DNA from: a virus
Lineage: Duplodnaviria; Caudoviricetes
Direction: 5' to 3' (one strand)
Length of the DNA stretch: 64,000 nt
IMG/VR virus record: IMGVR_UViG_3300021399_000103
Span: 32,001-96,000 of that record
Part shown: one piece after another, positions 53,484 through 62,190 of the stretch
Layout: each line of letters opens with the position of its first letter
Numbering within the stretch: position 1 is the first letter of the stretch
The notes under the pieces: model-generated
The model's database searches: none
Told to the model about the DNA's origin: nothing
The model's input: the letters and a program-made list of their open reading frames with translations, nothing else
Program-made: the position numbers and the translations under genes

Positions 53484-55871
53484 ATGGCATTTTTAAAAAA
53501 TTCGGTGGTCGCTGGCGACCTTCGTGTAACTGGAACAATATTTGGGGATGCAAATTTAAGTTCTATAAACGCAGATAGTACAGGTTTAGGCACAAATGGG
53601 CAGATTCTTAAATCTACTGGAACTGGAATAGTTTGAGCTGATGCTGCGAGTTCACATACACATGGTCAATATGTATTAAAAGCTGGAGATGAAATGACGG
53701 GGGCATTAGATATTAAAAGAACTACGAGTTTATCTCTGGCAATAGACAATAATTTAAAAATTGGTGCGACCCGTTATGATTTAAATTTTAATGTTAATAA
53801 TAGTACTGGTAGCGGTATTAATAATGGTAATGTAAGCGCAATTACTTGAGGTAAAGATGATGCTACTTATGCTGGAATATATTACCAATCTTCTAGTAAT
53901 TATGGTTCTCGTTTAATATTTGGAACCACTGGTTCTTATTCAAATGGTGCATATGCACGTATGATTATTCAAGCTAATGGTAATATAGGTATTGGGACAT
54001 TAACACCAAGCGTTATGTTAGATGTTAATGGAACTGGTAAATTTAAAGGTATTTCAAGTACAAATGCTATAAATATTGAACATTCTAATTCCGCAAAACT
54101 TACCGCAAAAGATACTACATCAACAGGTGAAGTATTCTATGGATTTGGCTCTGCTCATCAAAATCATGGAATTTATAGTTATGGTTATGCGCCGACTGCT
54201 TCAACTTGAACGACAGATGAAAAGTGAATGGTATATAGAGACTCCACTGGTAAAATTACCCTTAACGGCAATGCGACGACAGCAACTAAATTAGAAGCAG
54301 CTAAAACATTAACCATTGGTTCTAGTGGAAAAACTTTTGATGGTAGCGCTAATGTTAGTTGAACTCTTGCGGATATTGGTGCTGTTAGTAAATCGGGAGA
54401 TACAATGACTGGAGGCCTTACACTTTCTAATGGTTCTAGTGCGTATAATGACAAAGGACTATTGTTTACTCATGGTTCAAGAATTGGAGAAAATACTGGT
54501 GGTGATTTAGGTATTTATGCAGCAAGTGGATTATATATAAAACCTTCTTCCCCAACTGCTTCATCAGGTACTGAAGGTATAAGAATTACTGATGATGGAT
54601 TATATCCATGTGTTAATAATACTGAATCATTAGGATTAAGTAATTATAAATGGTCCAATGTTTATGCTACTACTTTTACTGGAGCATTATCTGGTAATGC
54701 TAGCACCGCCACTAAATGGGCAGCTGCACAACAAGTATATGTTAATTTAGCTTCTGCATCTAAAACAGCCACAATACAAGGTGGAAGTTCAACAGCTTCA
54801 GCTATTGGAGTAGATGGTAAATTACCGATAGCAAATGGTGGTACTGGTGCAGATACCGCAGCCGCTGCAAGAACAAATCTTGGAGCAGCGACAGGAAATG
54901 GAAGAATTTTCTATGGTACTTGTGACTCTGCAGCGTCCGCGGCAGAAAAGGCAGTAACTTGCGCAACTTATGATGCATTGACTGAAGGAGATATTGTTAT
55001 TGTTAATTTCAGTAATACTAATACTGCTGCAGTTGCAAATTTAAAATTAAATGTAAATAGTAAAGGCGCGAAGCCTATTAAAAAATTACATAATAGTACT
55101 GGTAATAATAATTTAAGTGCGGTTGGAGAAATAAATGCAAATGGCGTAGGAGTATTTTCTTATGATGGCACTAATTGATGTCTATTAAATGCTGATTATA
55201 ATACTACTTATACAATAACTTCGGTTTGATGTAATACTGCTGCTGGAACTGCAGCAAAAGCTAGTAGCAACGCAAGCTACTATGCTTTAAGACAATATAG
55301 CTATTTTGAATTAACATTGCGTTATGCAAATAGCGCACAAAGTGCATTGACTTTAAATGTTAATGGTACTGGAGCCAAACCAATTTATATTAATGGAACC
55401 GCTTCAAGCGCAAGTAATTATACTTTACCAGCAGGTAAATATTTGGTTTATTATGATGGAACTAATTATTATTTTAGAACAGATAATTATATTACCACTG
55501 GAAATATAACTGGGACTGCGGAAAATGTAACTGGAACTGTAGCTATTGCTAATGGTGGTACTGGAGCTATCACTGCAGCTGCCGCTAGAACTAATTTAGG
55601 TTTAGGTACATTAGCAACTAAATCCAGCATTGGAAATCATTCATATACTCCAGCTGGAGATATCACTGTAAGCGGAACAACATCAACGGCTACTGTTGTA
55701 AAGACTGTAACATTTAATCAAGTTATTACTAATGCAGAAGTTGCCAATGAAGTTTTGACAATTTCTGCGGGTGCTGCGGGAAGCAGTGCTAATCAAGCAG
55801 GCGTTCTTACTGGTAATCCAACTTATACATTTAGTGGAACACCTGCAACATTAACACATTCAGTTTCATAA
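53484..55871 (+). CDS. Tail fibre protein 3, 795 aa (TGA=Trp)
   Basis: Starts MAFLKNSVVAGDLRVTG, paralogous to fibre 2. Contains NGNIGIGT, GNATTATKL, two ANGGTGA..AAAARTNLG repeats and two LNVN..GAKPI repeats. Confidence 0.8.
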
Positions 55872-55904
55872 TAAAAAATTTTCTTAAAAAAAATTAAAAA
55901 ATAT

Positions 55905-55934
55905 TTGCTTTTAAAAAATATTTTTTGGTATAAT
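55905..55934 (+). promoter_or_regulatory. sigmaA-type promoter upstream of endolysin 1
   Basis: TTGCTT-N18-TATAAT with an extended TG and an A/T-rich upstream region. Confidence 0.65.
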
Positions 55935-55942
55935 AATAATCG

Positions 55943-56029
55943 TAAGGAAACGAGTTGATACCAGAATGGAAAAGTTGAAGAAAATGGATGGAAAATTTTG
56001 GCTGGAAAATCCTCGTTTCCTTATTTTTT
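55943..56029 (+). promoter_or_regulatory. Structured leader or small RNA with a large-loop hairpin and T-tract
   Basis: TAAGGAAACGAG (55943-55954) pairs perfectly with CTCGTTTCCTTA (56012-56023). The 57-nt loop contains three TGGAAAA copies. Confidence 0.5.
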
Positions 56030-56055
56030 AATAAAAAAATGAGAGGTAAATAAAT

Positions 56056-57996
56056 ATGAGCTTACAAGGATTTACAAATCACAAAGCAGAGACTCAAAAA
56101 ATTATTGAGGCTCATAAAAAAGATTTTAATTACAATACAGTAAAATCATTTTTACAATCAAAAGGTGGATATAAAGCCTATGTAAAATCATTAGGTGGCG
56201 TATTTGCTAAATATGTTGATTTTACTGGTAAAATTACAACAACAAAACAATTAGAAGAAATTGCTGATTATGTTTGAGGTTTATATGATATTTGAGGAGT
56301 AGATTATTCTAACGGATGTTCTTACACTTATTCAGAAAATATCTATAAAGCCTACGCAAAAGATGGTTCTCAATTTTATCCAAAAGAAGATCCTAAAAAA
56401 AGATTTAATATGAATTATGCGGCTTTTAGTTTTGGTAACGGTGAAGATTTACCTGGTGTAGATGAAATGTTAAGCAACCCTGATAAATATTACGCAGTTG
56501 TTAATTGCGGCCAGGGTCCGTTACAAGTATTGAAAAAAGCTGGATTATGTCCTAAATCTTTCCCAGATCCTGCTGAATATCCAGCTTATTGGAAATCAAA
56601 AGGATACAATTATACTTTAATCAAAAACGCAAAAGATCTTAAAGTTGGTGATATTATTTATGTTTTTAATAAAACTATCGCTAATAGAAGTTCTATTACC
56701 CAGTTAAATAACTGGCATGATGGCGGATATCATATCACAATGGTTGGCGAGCGCAATGATTTACTTGGAACTATCACCTACTTTGATTCAGGTCATGCTT
56801 ATACTTACTATGGAGAATATAGAAGTATTCGTAATATTGGCGAAAAGCCTTATGAATGAGGTGTAGACTGGATTGGTTTGAGATACAATTTTGGATTGAA
56901 GGAGGAACAAATGGATATTAGCAAATATAATGATTTACAATTAGCAAAAATGGTTTGAGAAGGAGCTTTAGGTTCTGGCGATACTCGTAAAAAAAATCTA
57001 GGGTCTCGTTACAATAGTGTTCAGCATTTAGTTGATTTAGGTAAAGATAAAATTAACGAAATTTTAAATGCTAAAACAAAAGGTCAACAATTAGAAATGT
57101 TAGCAGAAGCACAGCTTGGTATGGATGGAACATTACCTTGGGAAATGTTCGGATATAAAGATGAGTGGTGTAGCGAATTTGTAGCTTACTGCGCAAACTG
57201 TTTAGGATTTATCTCTGCTGGATTAATGCCAAAAGCTGACATTTGCTCTAAAGCACATGCTTTCTATAAGCCAAAAGGACAACTACATACAAAAGCTCAG
57301 TATACTCCAAAAATTGGTGATATTGCTTATTTTGGAGAAAATGGAGAAATGCATACTGCTATTGTAAAATCAGTAAATGGAAATACATTAACAACTATTG
57401 ATGGTAATCAATATGTTGATAAAAACACATGGCGCACTTCACATGTAGGAAGAATTAACTATAATATGAACGATAGTTATGTATGGGGATTTGCGAACCC
57501 GCTTAATGACGGCATAGATGCTAAATCCGCAATTAGATTAGCTATTGAAGTATTAGAAGGTAAATATGGAAGTGGCGATATAAGAAAGAATAATTTAGGT
57601 TCAAGATATACTGAAGTTCAGACTTTAATTGATAAAGAATTAAAGACAATGAGTGTTGCTGATGCTATTATTGATCTATTGGCTCAAGAAGTTTTAACTG
57701 GTTATTGGAGCAGTGGTGATACTCGTAAAAATAATTTAACAAAAGCTGGATATGATTATAGTAAAGTTCAAGCTAGAGTTAATAAATTAGTCGAAGATTC
57801 TAAACCAAAAGAAGGTTGGATTAAAGAAAATAATAAATGGTATTATTATAAGAATAATAAGAAATTAACTGGGCTACAATATCTTGAATATAATAGACAG
57901 AAGAATTGGTATTATTTTGATGCTAATGGAATAATGCAGACTGGAAAAGTTACAATTACAGCAACATTTGATTCTTCTGGAAAATTAGTCTCTTAA
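56056..57996 (+). CDS. Endolysin 1, 646 aa (TGA=Trp): NlpC/P60-CHAP-like domain, Cpl-7 repeat, CHAP domain, two Cpl-7 repeats, choline-binding-type repeats
   Basis: First catalytic domain: VNCG..DLKVGDII..YHITMV. CHAP: EWCSEFV..PKIGDIAYF..HTAIV..TIDGN. Cpl-7: GSGD.RK.NLGSRY..VQ. C-terminal repeats: GWIKENNKWYYY and WYYFDANGIMQTG. Confidence 0.85.
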
Positions 57997-58008
57997 TTGA
58001 TGAATGAG

Positions 58009-58034
58009 AGGGGCGATTAATATCGCCCCTATTT
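58009..58034 (+). terminator. Stem-loop after endolysin 1
   Basis: AGGGGCGAT-taat-ATCGCCCCT with a short T-tail. Confidence 0.6.
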
Positions 58035-58055
58035 AGAGAATAGGAGGAGATATTA

Positions 58056-59000
58056 ATGGCTTATGTTAAACAAATAAATGTTTCAAATACGGCATATGAT
58101 ATAAGAGCAAAAGCTTTGGGTGCTGCACAATTAGGTTCTGCTACCAGAGGAATTTATTTAACGAGCACTGGAGAACCAGCAGTGGTTGGTTGATATCCTG
58201 TTTATTGTACCATAGACGGAGGAAATAAAGCTAATTATCCATGACATAGATTTGCAACTTGTACAACTACTACAGGACAATATCAAGATTATGATGCTAT
58301 AATTATATTACGTTCAAGATATCATGGAGGGGCTTTTGGTATTGTAAAAGCGATGATAAGAACAAATAGTACAAACAGTGGAATGAACATGGATGTTGTA
58401 TGATTATATAGATATGGATTTGCTGTTAATGATATTTGTATGTCACCAAACGCAGGTACTTCTGGTCATAGTGTTACTTTTAATCTTTATGTAAAATGTC
58501 CTACGTATCCAAGAAGAATTGCGTATCTTATGGAAGGTTCTAATAAAGGGTGGAGTTTGATTAATTCTGCAGAAGCCAACGACACAACAGCAACAGATCC
58601 AAAAACAAGCTATGAAGTTTTTGCTAATGGGGGGATACCTAATTATAAGTATGCAATTGATAATGAAGGCAGCGCTTGAGTATTAAAATCTGGGGATACA
58701 ATGAGTGGAAATCTACATGTTGTCAATACTGCAAATAATACGGCCGGTTTAGCTATAAACATACAAACACAATCGTATAGTTTTGGTTTACATATGGGAA
58801 CTGGTGGAACAAATCATGGAATATATGATTGATCTACACCTGAAGGATGAATGATAGTAAGAGGTTCTGGCAATAATATTTGAACTAGTTTTAATGCAGA
58901 TACTTCTTCCGCTTCAATCAGAAATATCGCTTATGGAACAACTGCACCGAGTAATAGTTGAGGTGAAAATGGTCAAGTATATATTAGATATACTGCATAA
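58056..59000 (+). CDS. Short fibre-like protein, 314 aa (TGA=Trp)
   Basis: RBS aggagg. Contains LGSATRGIYL, VLKSGDTMSGNL and a C-terminal RNIAYGTTAPSNS[W]GENGQVYIRY. Confidence 0.65.
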
Positions 59001-59012
59001 TGAGGTGGATTT

Positions 59013-59723
59013 ATGGCAAATGCACAAATAGCTAGTGGAGTTTTTCGTATGTGAGGTGGTAATTGAAAATCAACTGAGGCAAATAACTGAGCATATTTAT
59101 ATTTAGTTGATCCAGCAGCAAATACTGTGGTTGTTGGAGGCAAAACGAAAAATTCAGAACCAGCAGGAGGAACAGCTATTGTAGATGGCACTGATTATTA
59201 TACGTTTAAACCAGATGTAACTTATAGTTATTGGTATATTCAAGAAGTTGATACTACAAATCATTATTATTGAATTAAACCTTGAAGAATGTATAATGTA
59301 TTTGCTTATCTTGAATGACCTTTGACTTATAATTCAAATCAATATTTTTATAATTCTGATTGATGAAAAGTAAATTGCACTGTTCAACGAAATACTAGTA
59401 ATAATGCCGCTAGATGATACTTTACCGAAACCACTAGTAGTTATACTACTTCAACAGTATATTACATTCAAAATGTGGATAATGATAGATATTTATGTGG
59501 CGGTACTAGTGATATGGGTTATAGCGCAGTTGCTAGAACTAGTAATGGCACTAGGGCAAAATGAGGCTTAAGTAGAGTATCTGCTTCTGCCTTAGGTAAT
59601 GAGGTGTGAATTAAAATTGGCGGTATTTGAAGAATAGGAATTCCTTATGTAAAAGCCACTGATGGTAAATGACATAGACGCGATACAACTCAAATAAAGA
59701 TAAGTAATGGAACTTGAAAATAA
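59013..59723 (+). CDS. Trp-rich putative lectin (ricin-B/beta-trefoil-like), 236 aa; absent from the standard-code track
   Basis: RBS gaggtg. About 14 in-frame TGA. Contains AR[W]YF..YYIQNVDNDRYL..AK[W] and a C-terminal V[W]IKIGGI[W]RIGIPYVK..GK[W] motif. Fills the intergenic gap exactly. Confidence 0.6.
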
Positions 59724-59725
59724 TA

Positions 59726-59771
59726 GGCCAAACTAAGATAATTTTGCCATCGCAATTTTTATAGATAGTAG
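59726..59771 (+). promoter_or_regulatory. Tripartite motif copy 7; putative phage late promoter
   Basis: ggccaa-N6-ataa-N16-tttat-agatagtag, followed by hairpin AGAACCAGT-aagag-ACTGGTTCT (59770-59792). Confidence 0.55.
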
Positions 59772-59834
59772 AACCAGTAAGAGACTGGTTCTTTTCAATG
59801 GAAAAGTTTTACTAAAAATGGAAGGAGAAAAATT

Positions 59835-60215
59835 ATGATGAATTACACAGGATACCCAGCTCCTAGCTATCCAAGTTATAATGCTATGAATATGGGTCAA
59901 CAGATGTATCCTCAACGACAAGAAGTTGTTAGGGTAAATGGTCAAAATGGTGCGAATGCCTACCAGATGGCGCCAAATAGTAGTATACTACTTCTGGATG
60001 AGACTGCACCAATTATTTGATTAAAGACAACAGATGGAGCATCATATCCAACAGTAACTGGATATACAATAACTCCTATTGAAACTCAAACTACAAGTAA
60101 AGTAAATACTGATTATTCTGCTCTTGAAGAGAGAATAGCAAAATTAGAGGAGGCATTCAATGCAAGGAAATCCGATGTTGCAGATGTTAAACCAATCAAG
60201 ACCATTAAACAATAA
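59835..60215 (+). CDS. Hypothetical protein, 126 aa (TGA=Trp), with a Y/P/Q/N-rich N-terminus
   Basis: RBS aaggag. Reads ..LLDETAPII[W]LKTTDG..LEERIAKLEE to TAA 60213-60215. Confidence 0.75.
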
Positions 60216-60411
60216 TAACGGTTTAATGAATATGATTGCGGCGTTTAAGAATTCGCCAAATCCGCAAGCCATGATAAGCAATATGATGGCTCAAAACCCT
60301 CAAGTTACTGGATTGATAAATCAATATGGGGGAGATCCAAAAAGTGCGTTTTACGCATTGGCGCAACAAAAAGGAGTCAACCCTAACGATATATTAAATA
60401 TGTTAAAATAA
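60160..60411 (+). CDS. Hypothetical N/Q/M-rich helical protein (83 aa)
   Basis: RBS gaggagg. Contains NPQAMI..GGDPKSAFYALAQQKGVNP. Confidence 0.75.
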   Translation: MQGNPMLQMLNQSRPLNNNNGLMNMIAAFKNSPNPQAMISNMMAQNPQVTGLINQYGGDPKSAFYALAQQKGVNPNDILNMLK

Positions 60412-60469
60412 CTCTTAAATGGTAAGACTTTTATCATTGAAAATCTTATTATTTAGGAGGAAAATTAAA

Positions 60470-61138
60470 ATGGAAAATGGAAGTTTAAGTGCTAGCGATG
60501 TTGCTTTATTAAGTGACCGTAATGGTTATGGCGACATGTGGGGCGGAAATTCAATGATGTGGATTTTTGCTTTATTAATTCTTGCTGGTGGCGGATTTAA
60601 TGGCTGAGGTGGAAATGGTTTTGCTAATGCTATTGGTTATGAAAATCTCGCAACACAGTCTCAAGTTGATCGTGGATTTGATACACAGAATATGATGGCA
60701 AATCAGAGAGAGACTCTCGCTGCTGTTAATGCTGGAACAGCACAGGCAGTAGCTGCTACAAATCAGACATTCCATGATACAATAAATGCTTTAAGCGATA
60801 AATATTCTGAATTAGCAAGAGACATTAGTGGTTTAGCAGTAGGTCAAGCTAATATGTTGGCTCAAGAAAATCAATGTTGCTGCCAGACACTTCGTGCTAT
60901 TGACGGAGTAAATTATGCAAATGCTATGAATACAGCTGCTATTAATGCTAATACAACAGAACAGACTCAAAAGATTCTTGACGCTATTACCGGCAATAGA
61001 ATGGCTGATATGCAGAATCAAATTAACCAGCTTCAGTTACAGCAAGCCGTTGCTGGCGTAGTTCGCTATCCAACAGCAAGTACATACTATGCAGGTTCAA
61101 ACCCATTCTGTAATTGCGCTTGCGGAGCAACACTTTAA
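60470..61138 (+). CDS. Hypothetical protein, 222 aa (TGA=Trp): Gly-rich hydrophobic N-terminus, coiled coil, CCC motif and Cys-rich tail
   Basis: RBS aggagg before ATG 60470. Contains WIFALLILAGGGFNG[W]GG, QCCCQT and NPFCNCACG. Confidence 0.8.
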
Positions 61139-61149
61139 TATAACAATCT

Positions 61150-61176
61150 AGGGGCAGAAATGCCCCTTTATTTTTT
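61150..61176 (+). terminator. Rho-independent terminator with a GNRA loop
   Basis: AGGGGCA-gaaa-TGCCCCT followed by TTATTTTTT. Confidence 0.85.
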
Positions 61177-61212
61177 AATCAAAGAAGGAAAAGTTTAGGA
61201 GGAATGATTAAA

Positions 61213-61623
61213 ATGTTAGAAGTTTATTCTAAAAATGTAACAACTGCGGAAAATGCTAGTATTCCGCTTACTACAGTCGCTTTACTAAAAGGTACAAGCA
61301 CACAATTATTGGGTACATCAACAATTCAATTAAATAAATGTGGGGTTTATGAAGTTACAGTATCTGGTAGCGTTATTGGTAGTGCTGCTGGAGAAATTGT
61401 CGTTCAGTTGGAGAAGAATGGAGTTGCGCAGCCGCAAGCAGTTTCATTCATTACAGCTGCCGATGCTACTTCACAAACACCGTTTTCATTTACAACATTA
61501 GTTCAGGTTCCTGATAGTAATTATATCAATTGCCCTTGCGCAACTACAACAGTAATTAGTTTAAGAAATGCTGGTATTGAAGCTACTTATAGTACTATTG
61601 ATGTAACAGCAGTTAGGGTATAA
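61213..61623 (+). CDS. BclA C-terminal/C1q-like beta-sandwich protein (136 aa)
   Basis: RBS aggagga spacing favours ATG 61213. Contains IQLNKCGVYEVTVS, VQLEKNGVAQP and FSFTTLVQV. Confidence 0.6.
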   Translation: MLEVYSKNVTTAENASIPLTTVALLKGTSTQLLGTSTIQLNKCGVYEVTVSGSVIGSAAGEIVVQLEKNGVAQPQAVSFITAADATSQTPFSFTTLVQVPDSNYINCPCATTTVISLRNAGIEATYSTIDVTAVRV

Positions 61624-61625
61624 TT

Positions 61626-62186
61626 ATGACAATAGAAGAGATTTATTCTGAATTATCAGCCCATATGATTAAAGGGTTAATGGTTCATAATCAAATGGCT
61701 AATTACTATTGTTTTCTTAATCTAAAAGGTTACGCAAAATGTCATACCTATCATTACTTATGTGAAAATAAAGATTACATGGAATTAAATCATTACTATC
61801 ATAGGCATCATAACAAGTTAATAAAAGAAAAACCTGTTACTGATCCTAAGATTATTCCTAACTCTTGGTATGCATATGTGCGCGCGGACGTTGATGCTAC
61901 TACAAAGCGCAACGCTGTAAAAACAGGACTTGAAAAATGAATTGATTGAGAAGAAGATACATTACAGCTTTATTCTAAAATGTATAAAGAGTTGTTCGCT
62001 CTTGGCGCAATTGCTGATGCTAAATATTTAGAATGTTTAATTGCTGATGTTAGTGATGAATTAGCGCAAGCTAATTCTTTATATATTAAGAAAAAATCTA
62101 CTGATTTTGATATTGAATCAATAATGGGAGATCAACAGGAAAAAGCTGAAAAATACTGACAAAAAATAACAGAAATTTGGAGGTAA
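61626..62186 (+). CDS. Ferritin-like helical-bundle protein, 186 aa (TGA=Trp)
   Basis: All-helical pattern with His/Glu ligand candidates (HMIKGLMVH, GYAKCHTYHYLCE, [W]ID[W]EEDT, DVSDEL). TAA at 62184-62186. Confidence 0.6.
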
Positions 62187-62190
62187 TAAC

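Noticed and set aside
53475-53520. Additional GGTCAA as an eighth motif copy
   Set aside because: The downstream boxes at the N6 and N16 spacing are absent. The hexamer is part of the RBS region.
42768-55871. Diversity-generating retroelement or invertible shufflon acting on the fibres
   Set aside because: I found no reverse transcriptase, invertase, adenine-specific TR/VR pair or inverted crossover repeats in the window.
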